A DNA stretch of 62,961 bases, the filler included, from Thraustochytrium aureum (lineage: Eukaryota): assembly GCA_012862495.1 (NCBI GenBank). It is 6 parts of 2 records of this genome, joined end to end, with 100 filler letters (N's around TTAATTAATTAA, not from the genome) between each part and the next. Parts side by side here need not be neighbours in the genome. Positions count along the whole stretch, not along the records: positions 1 to 20,420 come from BLSG01000084.1; positions 20,521 to 50,888 come from BLSG01000084.1; 4 more parts are not named here. One strand, 5' to 3'. The notes beneath the pieces were generated by a model that had not been told where the DNA came from, did no database searches, and was given only the letters and a program-made list of their open reading frames with translations. Shown piece after piece: positions 11,701 through 22,607 of this stretch. The translations under genes were made by a program, and so were the position numbers. The first letter of the stretch is position 1. Each line of letters opens with the position of its first letter.

Positions 11701-13439
11701 GGCTCGATCGAGCCCGAGATGCACGCCACAAAGGGCTTCACTGGGCGCTACAAGGTCACAGGCGTGTTTGAGCGCGACGAGGAGAGCGAGTCGATCATCA
11801 TCACCGAGCTGCCCGTGGGTGTCTGGACGCAAACGTACAAGCAGTTTCTGCTCGACGACAAGTGCTTTCCCGAGGGATTCATCAAGGACATTCGCGAAAA
11901 CCACACGGACACGCGCGTGTCGTTCACGATCTACCTCTCCACGGAAGCCTTCAGGGCAATGCTGTCCGACGCGGCGTTGAAGAAAAAGTTTCGCCTCGAG
12001 TCGAGCCTTTCGACGTCCAACATGCACGCGTACAGCTCCGAGGGGCTCATCAAAAAGTACGACACCCCGCAAGACGTCTTGGACGAGTTTTTTACCTACC
12101 GGCTCGAGCTGTACGCCAAGCGCAAGGCGCACCTGATCCAGGTCCTCACCACCGAGTGGTCCAAGCTCGACAACAAGGCGCGGTTCATTCGGATGGTCGT
12201 CGAGGGCGAGATCATCGTCACCAAGAGGAAGAAGCGCGAGCTCCTCTCCGAGCTCCAGGCCCTCGGGTTCGACCAGTTTCACAAGTCGCCCAAGGATCAA
12301 GCCGCAGCAGACGCCGCCGCCGCTGAGGACGAAGAGCAGCCGGACCACGGCGTGGACGAGGACACCGCCCCTGACCTTGCACGCCTCGCTCGCGGCTATG
12401 ACTACTTGCTCTCCATGTCACTCTGGACGCTCACCCTTGAGCGTGTCGACGAACTCAACGCGCAGCGCGACGCGAAGCGCCACGACCTCGACATGCTCGA
12501 GGCCAAGCGCCCGGCCGACCTCTGGGAGGAAGACTTCGTCGCGCTAGAGCGTTCGCTCGACGAGCAAGACGTGGTCGACTCGAGCGACGCGAGCCTCGAG
12601 GAGTCGCAGCGCTCCAAGAGCCGCAAGGCCCAGGGCCTCAAGGCCAAGCCAGCGAAGAGGCCTGCTGCCGTGAAGGCCGAGGCGAGTGCGCTGGACGACC
12701 TTGCGGACCCTCCGCCGGCCAAGCCGCCCGCCAAGCCGCCGGCCAAGTCGATATCGGCGCTAGCAAAGGCACCCAAGCCAAAGGCCAAAGCGCCCGGGGT
12801 GAAGAAGGAGCCTGCTGCGCTCCCGGTCAAGGCGGAGAAGCCGCAGAGCGACGAAGAGGTGGAGATCCTCTCGCTCTCTGAGCGGCTGAAAGCACGCATG
12901 ATGGGTGTCCCCCGGCGCCAACGCGCAAGGCGCAAGGGTCGAAGAAGCGCGCGAAGGAGGCAACGCCGGTTGCGAAACCGCGCGCTGCCAGCTCGGAAAG
13001 CAGCGCAAGTGGCGAGAGCGCGCATGAGGCCGCGGAGGAGTCTGCGCTTGTGGCAACCCCGGTAGCCGCCAAGCCTGCCGACAAGAGGCGACGGCTCAAG
13101 ACTGCGCAGAAGAGCAAAGCCGCGCCGGCTGAAACTGTTGCTGCCAAGCCCAAGCCAGCCGCCGCAAAGACGAAGCCTGCTGCGAAGAAGTCCGCAAGGG
13201 TGGTTGAGTCCAGTGACGACGAGGAGGACTTTGTGCTTGGCGAGGGCGACGGTGAGGAGGAGGAGGAGGAGGCGGTCTTGAAGCCGCGTACCCCGAAGCC
13301 GAAGCGCGCCGCGCGCGCAGCGCCAAAGAAAGCCTCCGTCTACGTCGAGCTGAGCGATAGCGACTTGGACGACGAAGAGGACGCCGAGTCTGACTTTGAG
13401 GCTGCTGATGGCGCAGCCTCCGACTCGGATGCCTACTAA
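8711..13439 (+). CDS. TOP2: DNA topoisomerase II (5' end in gap; intron 8945-9030; apparent single-base frameshifts near 10763, 10798, 11248 and 12910-13040)
   Basis: YQKKTQYEHIML|RPDTYIGS, GLYKIFDEILVNA, GGRNGYGAKL, LILTEGDSAK, PLRGKLLNV, MTDQDHDGSHIKGL, KYYKGLGTS, DGLKPSQRK, AYHHGE, catalytic ASPRYIFT, and a charged low-complexity C-terminal tail ending at TAA 13439. Confidence 0.97.
8945..9030 (+). other. Spliceosomal intron (86 nt) in TOP2
   Basis: GTAAGT donor at 8945, GACTGAC branch-like motif at 9001, TGCAG acceptor at 9030. Removal restores the conserved EHIML-RPDTY. Confidence 0.93.
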
Positions 13440-13801
13440 AGATGAAGGGCACGAGCGCGCGCCTTGAGCGGCGACGCCGAGCGCCCGCGGTATGTAGCTG
13501 CTGCCCGTGACACCCAACCATTCCACAAACATGTGCTCTACCCACCCACCCACCCATTATTCCACACAGAGCCCCAGCCGCGCCAGCTCCGTTCGCGCGC
13601 TTTGGGCTGGCAGTCCCCCAGTGGCCGCTACCCTCCCAATCCATCCCGCCGCCCGCCCTCCCTGCTTGCGAGCCTGTCGCAGCGCGAGAGGCAGCAGCCG
13701 GCAGCTGGCAGCAGTAGGCGCGGCAGCGGCAGCAGCGCGCCCCCTGGGCAAGCCTTGCGCGTCTCCGCTCGGCGCGCTTGAGCGATCCTCGCGTCCGCAA
13801 G

Positions 13802-14683
13802 ATGCTTTCGGCCTTCCGCAAGAGCGCCGGGCTCGCCAGGCGCGGCGCGAGCCCCGCGGCTTGGGCGGGTCGCGCGCTGTCAAGCAGCGCGCACGATGGC
13901 CTGCTGGTCGTGGAGCGAGAGCAGCGCACGAACGGGGAGGACGCCTTCGAGGTGGCCGTCGTCAAGATGAACCGGGCGCCAGTCAACAGCCTCAACCTCG
14001 GCCTCGTGCTCGCCTTGACGGAGACGATCCGCGAGCTGGAGGCAGACCCGAAGGTGCGCGGCATGCTGCTTGCTTCAAACCAAAAGGTATTCTCAGCCGG
14101 GCTCGATCTCGGCGAGCTGTACAAGGTCGAGCGCGGTTCGTTCGACAGGTTTTGGGGCGCGTTCGAGATCTTGTGGCGGACGCTCTACTTGAGCCCCCTG
14201 TCGACTGTCGCCGCGATCGAGGCGCACGCCCCGGCGGGCGGGAGCATTCTAGCGCTCACCTGCGACTACCGCGTTGTCGCCTCGGACGCCGGCCTGAAAA
14301 TGGGCCTGAACGAGACGCAGCTCGGCATGATTCCGCCGCGCTGGCTTCAAGCGCTCTGCGACCGCACTGTCGGGCCTCGCAACGCCGAATACATCCTGCA
14401 GCAGGGCGAGATGATGAGCGCCGAGCGCGCCCTGCAAATCGGCTTTGTTGACGAGGCTGTGCCAAAGGCCGAGGTCGTCGCACGGGCGAGCGCGGTGCTG
14501 GACTTGTTTTGCAAGATCCCGCCGCAAGCGCGCGGTCTCACGAAGCTGCAGCAGCGCGCCGAGATCGCCAAGCTCGCCGGCCCGACGAGCGGCGAGGAGC
14601 TCTGGGCGGCGCTTGTTTCGCCCGAGTGCAGCAGCACGCTGGAGCGCACGCTTGCGGCGCTAAAGAACAAGAAGGCCAAATAG
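13802..14683 (+). CDS. ECI1: Enoyl-CoA delta isomerase 1-like (crotonase family), probably mitochondrial
   Basis: MNRAPVNSLN, FSAGLDL, AAIEAHAPAGG, CDYRV, MGLNETQLG, ALQIGFVDE; Arg/Ser/Ala-rich N-terminus. Confidence 0.9.
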   Translation: MLSAFRKSAGLARRGASPAAWAGRALSSSAHDGLLVVEREQRTNGEDAFEVAVVKMNRAPVNSLNLGLVLALTETIRELEADPKVRGMLLASNQKVFSAGLDLGELYKVERGSFDRFWGAFEILWRTLYLSPLSTVAAIEAHAPAGGSILALTCDYRVVASDAGLKMGLNETQLGMIPPRWLQALCDRTVGPRNAEYILQQGEMMSAERALQIGFVDEAVPKAEVVARASAVLDLFCKIPPQARGLTKLQQRAEIAKLAGPTSGEELWAALVSPECSSTLERTLAALKNKKAK

Positions 14684-14871
14684 AGCCTGCTTCTGGGGTA
14701 GCATCGCGCGGGTCCTCATGGAGGCATGCACCTTCACTGCCTCGAAAAGACGCGGGCGAGGGTTCTTTTTTCTTGAAAAGAAATTTTCATGCACGGACGA
14801 GGCAAGAAGGACAACAAAGAAAAAGAAGTAATGGAGGACTTGACGTCGATTTTGGCGCCGCAACTGTGCGC

Positions 14872-15358
14872 TCAGCTGCGGATCAGGTAGACGGCGAGCG
14901 CCAGGGCGGCGGTCGCGACACCGATTGCACCCAGGAAGGCGCCCGAGTCGTCGCTCGCGGGCACTTCTTTCCGCTTTGCGGCCGGCGTTTTGACCTCCCA
15001 GGGGTCGCGCGAGGCATCGATCTCGCGCTCAACCGGCGAGGCGCCTTGGACGGCACCCAGAGCGTACTTTTCCCGCAACTTGATGGCGTAGTCGCTGTGG
15101 CCCACCTCGTCAAACTCCTTGGTGGCGTCCTTGCCAGCAGCTGCAGCCGCGCCAGCAGCACCGTCATCGCGTCCGTCGTTAGCGACCAACTCATGCGCTA
15201 TAGCACAGCGGCCCCCACTTACCGTCCAGGATCACCTCGAGGCCGCCGGGGTGGTCGTCCAGCCAGTCTGTGACATCATAGACCTTGCCGTGCAACGCCA
15301 CCCAGCAATCGCCCCTCGTCGTGTGCTTGCCCAGCTCCTCGGCGCTGATCTCCCTCAT
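14872..15358 (-). CDS. CYB5: Cytochrome b5, tail-anchored (exons 15358-15223 and 15140-14872)
   Basis: Manual translation: MREISAEELGKHTTRGDCWVALHGKVYDVTDWLDDHPGGLEVILD-AAGKDATKEFDEVGHSDYA..., with HPGG and GHS heme ligands and C-terminal TM FLGAIGVATAALALAVYLI. Confidence 0.93.
15141..15222 (-). other. Spliceosomal intron (82 nt) in cytochrome b5
   Basis: Minus-strand GTAAGT donor at 15222, GCTAAC branch motif at about 15183-15178, TGCAG acceptor at 15141. Splicing keeps the frame. Confidence 0.9.
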
Positions 15359-15559
15359 CTCCCTCAACCGATGCGATCTCTAGCTAGCAAGCTTGAGACC
15401 AAACGCCTTCGCGTCCAAGCCAAGCTCGACTCGTTGTCCACGACCTCGTACGAGTTGCCCCCCAAAACGCGCTTGCCTTGGCTCCGAAAGCGTCAAAAAA
15501 CCGGGACTCGAACGGGGACTGCAGCGGCTGCGTGTCGAGCTCGCTGCCTGCTGAGACCT

Positions 15560-15605
15560 GCTCTGCTCTGTTCTGCTCTGCTCTGCCCTGCTCTGCTCTG
15601 CTCTG
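15560..15605. repeat. (CTCTG)n microsatellite
   Basis: ctctgctctgttctgctctgctctgccctgctctgctctgctctg. Confidence 0.85.
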
Positions 15606-16891
15606 AAGATGGCACTTTCGCGAGTGGCGATGTCGCTGCACCTGCATGGCCGTCCCATCACGACGATAACGATAGGACGGACGCCGCGAACGACACGTAA
15701 CGAGATTATCCCAGTGACGCAGAGGAGTCTCAGAATTCGTCAGTTTTGGGGGGTACGTTTCGAGCGCAAGACGGGAGGACAGACAGAATGTTGCTCCGCT
15801 GCACAGGACTGCGAACGTGACATAGGGGGTTGTGAAGACGCTCAACGAACGCGAAATTCGACTTGGTTTTGCGTGGTATCAGGTTCTAAGCGCGTCATGT
15901 TACGTCACGAAAACGTGTCTGTGACGAAGCCACCGTGTCTCTATAATTAAAAAATGTCGTCTATGGTGTCGCAAGCGAGGATCCCAGGGCGCCGCCGCGA
16001 CTGGGCTGGTGGGCCTGGAGCAGCGGCGACGGTGCGCAGTGTGCGCGGCGGCCTCCGGTGGCCGGCGCGCGCGGCCCACGCGTGATCGCAGCATTCCAAA
16101 CGCTTCAGGAAGCGCTTGCGCGGCCGCCGGTCTAAGAATATCCGCGATCGGTGCAGATTTGACTGCGCTAGAGCCATTTCGCCGCGGGATCGGGCGCGGC
16201 GGCGGCGGTTGTCCCGCNNNNNNNNNNNNNNNNNNNNNNNNNNNNNNNNNNNNNNNNNNNNNNNNNNNNNNNNNNNNNNNNNNNNNNNNNNNNNNNNNNN
16301 NNNNNNNNNNNNNNNNNNNNNNNNNNNNNNNNNNNNNNNNNNNNNNNNNNNNNNNNNNNNNNNNNNNNNNNNNNNNNNNNNNNNNNNNNNNNNNNNNNNN
16401 NNNNNNNNNNNNNNNNNNNNNNNNNNNNNNNNNNNNNNNNNNNNNNNNNNNNNNNNNNNNNNNNNNNNNNNNNNNNNNNNNNNNNNNNNNNNNNNNNNNN
16501 NNNNNNNNNNNNNNNNNNNNNNNNNNNNNNNNNNNNNNNNNNNNNNNNNNNNNNNNNNNNNNNNNNNNNNNNNNNNNNNNNNNNNNNNNNNNNNNNNNNN
16601 NNNNNNNNNNNNNNNNNNNNNNNNNNNNNNNNNNNNNNNNNNNNNNNNNNNNNNNNNNNNNNNNNNNNNNNNNNNNNNNNNNNNNNNNNNNNNNNNNNNN
16701 NNNNNNNNNNNNNNNNNNNNNNNNNNNNNNNNNNNNNNNNNNNNNNNNNNNNNNNNNNNNNNNNNNNNNNNNNNNNNNNNNNNNNNNNNNNNNNNNNNNN
16801 NNNNNNNNNNNNNNNNNNNNNNNNNNNNNNNNNNNNNNNNNNNNNNNNNNNNNNNNNNNNNNNNNNNNNNNNNNNNNNNNNNNNNNNNNNN

Positions 16892-17684
16892 NCATCATGC
16901 GGCTCTACAACCCGGTGCACATTATTGTGGCCAGCCTGGGCGGCTGCTGGATCTCGCGAGCAAAAGCGTGGCCAAGTTGGACAGGTGCTCGACGGTCGTG
17001 TTCGACGAGGCCGACAAGCTCTTGTCGCCCGACTTTGCGGGTCTGTGCGAGCAGCTGCTTGCGTTTTGCCAGGAGGGGCGGCAGATCATGCTGTTTAGCG
17101 CCACTTTCCCGGTGAGCGTCATGGAGTTTACTAGCAAGAACGTGCCCAACGCGTACCAAATCAACTTGATGGACGAGCTGACGCTCAAGGGCGTGACCCA
17201 GTTTTACGCCTACGTGGACGAGCGCAGCAAGGTGTCCTGCCTGCACACCCTGTTCAAGAAGCTCGAGATCAACCAGAGCATGATCTTTGCCAACTCGGTC
17301 AACCGCGTCGAGCTCTTGGCAAAGAAGATCACGCAGCTCGGGTACTCGTGCTTTTACATCCACTCCAAAATGCGCCAGGAGGACCGCAACCGCGTCTTTC
17401 ACGAGTTTCGCAACGGCGCAACGCGCCACCTCGTCTGCAGCGACCTGTTCACGCGCGGCATCGACGTGCAGGCTGTCAACGTGGTCATCAACTTTGACTT
17501 TCCCCGCAACTCGGAGTCGTACCTCCACCGCACAGGCCGCGCGGGCCGCTTTGGCCACCGTGCGCTCGCGATTTCAATGATTACCTACGAGGACCGTCAC
17601 AACCTCTTTTTGATCGAGAAGGAGCTGGGCACGGAGATCAAGCCCATCCCGGGCGAGATCCACCGTGACCTCTATTGCGTTTAG
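16892..17684 (+). CDS. DDX6: DEAD-box RNA helicase DDX6/Dhh1, 3' part (5' in gap; frameshift near 16933)
   Basis: [100 protein letters not shown]. Confidence 0.96.
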
Positions 17685-18035
17685 GGGCCCTGTGCGACTA
17701 TTTGGTGTTTTGGATTTTGGGTGGCCACTTTGCTTGGGCTGGATGACGGGCACAGCGCCTGAGCGCTGCCGTGCCCCGACGTTGCCCGCCGCCGTCTCAG
17801 CTTTCGATGTTTCATACGCTTTCGAAGCGCCTCCGAATTTCTTCGAAGGCCGCGGATTCCTCCAACGAGCGAACAAAACCTCGTCACGAGAGGCAGCAAA
17901 AAAGGCGCGGCGGAGCGCTGCACGCGCTTCAAGCCTGTTGTCATTCTGTCGTGCGCGTCCGGCGACTGTCGCACGGCCGACGACGACATGGGCATTCCTC
18001 AAGTAATGGGGCCACCTATTTTTTTTCTCCAACGT

Positions 18036-19075
18036 TTACTTTTCAAGGGGCAGCCGCGCAATCGCGTTGTTGAGCGTATTGCGCATCAGCATTGCAACGG
18101 TCATCGGCCCCACTCCGCCGGGGACGGGCGAGACGGCCCCGGCCACCTCCCTGACCTCCTGAAAGCAGACGTCGCCGACCATGCGCACGCCCCCCTGGAC
18201 AGCTGTGTCCTCTACAAAGTTGATTCCCACGTCGATCACCGTCGCGCCAGGCTTGACCCAGGACCCGCGCACGAATTCGGGTTTGCCAATCGCGGCAACC
18301 AAAATGTCCGCCGTCCGGCACACTTGCTCGAGGTTGGGAGTGTGCGAGTGGCAAATGGTCACGGTGGCGTTGGCGTGCAGTAGCATGAGGGCGAGCGGCA
18401 TCCCTACAATGTTACTGCGGCCCAGCACGACCGCGTGCTTGCCCTCAATCTGCTGCCCTGAGGCATGCAAGAGCTGCAGCGCCGCGAGCGGCGTGCAGCT
18501 TGTGTTGCGCGTCTCCTGCGGGAGGAACGGCCGCCCGGCATGTCGAAGGTCCTCCCCAAGCCGGGCTAGGCGGCCCGTGTTTGACAGGTGGAAGCCGTCG
18601 ACGTCCTTGCCGGCGTCAATTGCGTTCAAGACTGTGGCTTGGTCGATGTGCCGAGGCAGAGGCAGCTGCACCAAAATTCCATCAATGTCAGGCGCGGTGT
18701 TCAGCTCGTACAGGCGTTCCAGGAGCTCTTCCTGGCTGACGGATTCGTCCAGGTCGCACTCGATCGAGCGAATGCCAACGCGTTTCGCAGCCTTTTGCTT
18801 CATTTCCACGTATCGTTTGGCGTCTTTGCGCACTCCTACCATGATGACGGCGAGCGTCGGCTGGCCCGCAGCGCCATGCTCGCTCACGAGCTTGGCTACG
18901 CTGTCGGATGCCTCGTTGAGGATCGCCTCGGCGACCTTGGCACCGTCGAGTACCGTGGCCACGCCCCTTCGTTCCGCTCCCTCGGTCAAGGGCACGGCCG
19001 AGTCCGCTTGGTTCTCCCTAGCCTCCAGCGCTCCGGCGAGCGTGCGGCACCCGCGCGCAGGGTGGCGTCCGCTGG
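18036..19075 (-). CDS. folD: Bifunctional methylenetetrahydrofolate dehydrogenase/cyclohydrolase (5' end in or beyond gap)
   Basis: YVEMKQKAA, IDGILVQLPLP, KDVDGFH, CTP, GRSNIVGMP, NATVTICHSHT, VIDVGIN, SPVPGGVGPMTVAMLMRNT. Confidence 0.95.
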
Positions 19076-20420
19076 NNNNNNNNNNNNNNNNNNNNNNNNN
19101 NNNNNNNNNNNNNNNNNNNNNNNNNNNNNNNNNNNNNNNNNNNNNNNNNNNNNNNNNNNNNNNNNNNNNNNNNNNNNNNNNNNNNNNNNNNNNNNNNNNN
19201 NNNNNNNNNNNNNNNNNNNNNNNNNNNNNNNNNNNNNNNNNNNNNNNNNNNNNNNNNNNNNNNNNNNNNNNNNNNNNNNNNNNNNNNNNNNNNNNNNNNN
19301 GCGACCCGAGTTGCCCATGCCCCAAAATGCGCCAACCTCGGCATTGCAGCTCAGACGCGGCGAGCTGGCGCGAAGCGACGACGACCAGGCGCGATCGCAG
19401 ACCGCAAGCTGCTCTAGCTGGCCGCGAGCAGGCGCCGCGAGAGCGATTCCGGTTTGTGATTGAACAGCCAAAGCGTTGAGCGAAACGGCCATCAAAAAGT
19501 CTAGGCGATTACGGCACGCAAGCCCGATGCGGACGCTGCCGCGTGGAGACAGCGCAATGCCTTTCCAGCATGATTGGCGCAGCTCACGTCGCGCGTTCGG
19601 GGCTGCTGTTGGCTGTGGACACGCGAGCAAGAGCAGAGTGATTTTTCTTCTTCTCGAAAAGGACTTGCCGCGCTGGGAACTCTCGCTCGCTCGCTCGCTC
19701 GCTCGTTCGCCTGCTGGCCGCGTGGCTGGCCTGGCTAGCGCGCAGCGTCGTGGGAAGCTCGGGGCTAATTTGGTCGGCGCACGGACAAAAATTTGCCTGG
19801 GGTAAGTTGCCTGGGGTCGGCTCGAGGGACTGAGTGTCAAGCTCGCTCAACTCGATGGAGCGGATCGTCACGCGCATGCTGGTCTTGCTGCTGCACAGAG
19901 GGGGAGAGGCCGTCGATTCCCGCCTTGGATCACGAGCTGCTCGCGATCTCCGTTTGTCGCGCTCAAGCCTGCGTACCCGATGTTGCCTGGGGGAACGCAC
20001 TGGCTTTGGCAGATACTTCAAACTGCGCCACCGGGCTGGCAGCGGACGCAACTGCGGCCCACGTAAAAGCGCCGCGCCGCGCACGCGGGTCGCTTCCCGC
20101 TCAGCCGCCGACGCATCACTTGCAGCGCAAGCCGCCGCAGACCACGCGAGCCACTCCGCAAGCGATCAACTCCCGGCGGCCCCACCGCAGCCAGGTCGGC
20201 CGGCCAAGCATGGCGCCGCGGGTGGCAGCACCCAGACCTCGCCGAGCTCCTCGCCGAGCTCCCTGCCCGACGCGCGCGAGAGATGGAGGAGAGCGGCATG
20301 GACTCCGCCGGTCCACTCCGCCGGTCCAAAAGGTGCAAGGGTCAATGCGAAAAAGTGTGAATGCTAACTAGAGCCAAGGTGGCGGCGCGCGGAATTTGCG
20401 GTTGGACAGCACTTTGTACA

Positions 20421-20520
20421 NNNNNNNNNNNNNNNNNNNNNNNNNNNNNNNNNNNNNNNNNNNNTTAATTAATTAANNNNNNNNNNNNNNNNNNNNNNNN
20501 NNNNNNNNNNNNNNNNNNNN
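20421..20520. other. Artificial contig-joining linker (N44-TTAATTAATTAA-N44)
   Basis: 12-mer with stops in all six frames at 20465-20476, embedded in Ns; identical at four other sites. Confidence 0.95.
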
Positions 20521-20631
20521 AACGTAGAGGCGAAAGAGAGGTAGAGGCTTTTTTGTGGTTCATTTGTCTTGGCGACAAGGGCTTTGAGCACGCTTGTGGC
20601 GTCGCGCGGTGAGGCGTCTCCCAAGGTGGTA

Positions 20632-21597
20632 CTAGGCCAGCACGGCACGCAAGCGCGCCTCGGCCTCTTCGACCTCGCCCCTCGGCACCAAGACCGACAC
20701 CTTGCTGGTCCCAGCGCTGGAGCTGAAGAGCATGTGGCTGTGCAGGCCGTGGTCCACGAACGCCTGCAGCAAGGCGTGCTTGAGAACGCCGCGCGGAAGC
20801 ACGTCCGAGTGGCACCGCAGAAGAGCGCCATCCGAGTCGTACCGGCACGACACGCCAAGCGGCGCCAAAGCGGCCTTCAGCGACTCGAGACGGTCGCCTT
20901 CTAGGGCCGCGGGCAAAGCGACGGCAACGTTGCTCACCGACGTGGAGACGTACTCAAAGTTCACCTGGTGGTTGGCGAGCTCGCGAAAGACTTGGGCGAG
21001 GAAGACTGTCGCATCCATGCGGCGCGTCGCGTTGCTCAGACAGAGCCACGGCACGTGGTCCACGACCTCGTATCGTACAGGGTGGAGCTGATCAACAATA
21101 TTCTCATGGCATTCCTCCGCCCCCGCGTCCTCCCCACCAGCGTGGCCAGCGGCGACGAGGGGAAGTCCACTCAGCTTGATCTCCTTCTCCTCCGTGTGAA
21201 CCACGCGGCTGAACCGCCCGCACGCCTCGACGTCCAGCGCCCCGGTGCTCGCCAGCGTCGCCAGCTCGGTCTTGGCGGCCGTCCCGTGGCCCCACCTCCG
21301 CAGCCCGCTCTCCGCGCTGCGCAGGCCGGCCGTCGCCGCGCCGCGCTTGCCCAGGAGCCCCCACGGCCAGCCGAGCAGCTCCTTGCCCCGCCATCATTTC
21401 CGCGCTCCGCACGGCGCTGGCCCTGGAGAGGACGAAGCGCTTCGAGGTAACAAATCTCGTCGTCGACCTTCTCGCGCCCGGATGCCAAGCCGACACGGCC
21501 AAGGCAGACGCGGCCGAGGCCCCTGACGCCAACCTGCTCCTGCTGAGCCTTCTCGAGCTCCCCGAGTCGCCGTGGATGCCGTGGCTGTCGTGGATTT
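20632..21597 (-). CDS. Protein with two aspartokinase (LysC)-type ACT domains and no visible kinase domain; 5' end uncertain
   Basis: FLAQVFRELANHQVNFEYVSTSVSNVAVAL resembles AK ACT1 and LQAFVDHGLHSHMLF...SKVSVLVPRGEVEEAEARLRAVL resembles AK ACT2. The frame extends upstream to about 21390 as an Arg/Ala/Gly-rich leader. Confidence 0.65.
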
Positions 21598-22036
21598 NNN
21601 NNNNNNNNNNNNNNNNNNNNNNNNNNNNNNNNNNNNNNNNNNNNNNNNNNNNNNNNNNNNNNNNNNNNNNNNNNNNNNNNNNNNNNNNNNNNNNNNNNNN
21701 NNNNNNNNNNNNNNNNNNNNNNNNNNNNNNNNNNNNNNNNNNNNNNNNNNNNNNNNNNNNNNNNNNNNNNNNNNNNNNNNNNNNNNNNNNNNNNNNNNNN
21801 NNNNNNNNNNNNNNNNNNNNNNNNNNNNNNNNNNNNNNNNNNNNNNNNNNNNNNNNNNNNNNNNNNNNNNNNNNNNNNNNNNNNNNNNNNNNNNNNNNNN
21901 NNNNGACCAGTTTCGACAGCGACAATTCAGCAACGCAACCTGCCAGTTTCCTGCCAGTGATTGGAAAACCACGACCATGAACACTGGCAGGCCGCCAAAC
22001 AAAACAATCGCTGCTTACGACGCCTGAGGCTCTTGG

Positions 22037-22352
22037 GACGCCTCGCTGACTGAGCGAGTGCGCCGCGATGGATGCCGTACGCCATGCGCGTTGTACAAGG
22101 TCCTGCTGGTGTTGCTGTTGATGATGGCGATGATGTCGCGGAGGCGGCGGTGCTGGTGATGCTCGAGTTGATGAAGAGGTGTCCCCGACGCCTGGACGCG
22201 GTTGAGACGCCTGGCTGACTGAGCGAGTGCGCCGCGATGGATGCCGTACGCCATTGCCGTTGTACAAGGTCCTGCTGGTGTTGCTGTTGATGATGGCGAT
22301 GATGTCGCGGAGGCGGCGGTGCTGGTGATGCTCGAGTTGATGAAGAGGTGTC
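22037..22352. repeat. Near-perfect direct duplication (about 147 bp, period 169 bp)
   Basis: 22037-22183 matches 22206-22352 (gacgcct.gctgactgagcgagtgcgccgcgatggatgccgtacgccat...gatgaagaggtgtc). Confidence 0.92.
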
Positions 22353-22607
22353 GCCAACTCGATCTAGATCAGGAACGGTGCACGAGAATTGCAACCAGCT
22401 GGCTGAGAGTTTACTACTCTAGAGGTAAAGTTTTGTCAAAATTGTGGCGGGCAGCGCCGGTCAGCTCAGCTCGCTGGCGACCTGGCGCGCTCGTTGGGAG
22501 TAAAGTGTGATAGCGGACGCGGCTCGCTGGCCAACCCCCAAAGTGGCATCGGGCGGCAAAAATGCAAGCTCAATCGGCGTCCAACTTGATGTAAGAACGG
22601 AGACGAA

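Noticed and set aside
10755..13050. Programmed frameshifting, RNA editing or pseudogenisation of TOP2
   Set aside because: The shifts are single missing bases with no slippery heptamers, and similar breaks occur in many unrelated genes; sequencing error is the simpler explanation.
9120..13553. Long antisense and alternate-frame ORFs over TOP2 and most other genes
   Set aside because: These are expected shadows of high-GC3 coding sequence and carry no recognisable motifs.
19301..20420. Possible gene upstream of folD
   Set aside because: Several overlapping Arg/Ala/Pro-rich ORFs on both strands, none with a motif or a clear codon bias.
20465..20476. TTAATTAATTAA as a biological repeat or piggyBac-like TTAA site
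   Set aside because: It is always centred in N runs totalling about 100 bp and is a standard six-frame-stop scaffolding linker.
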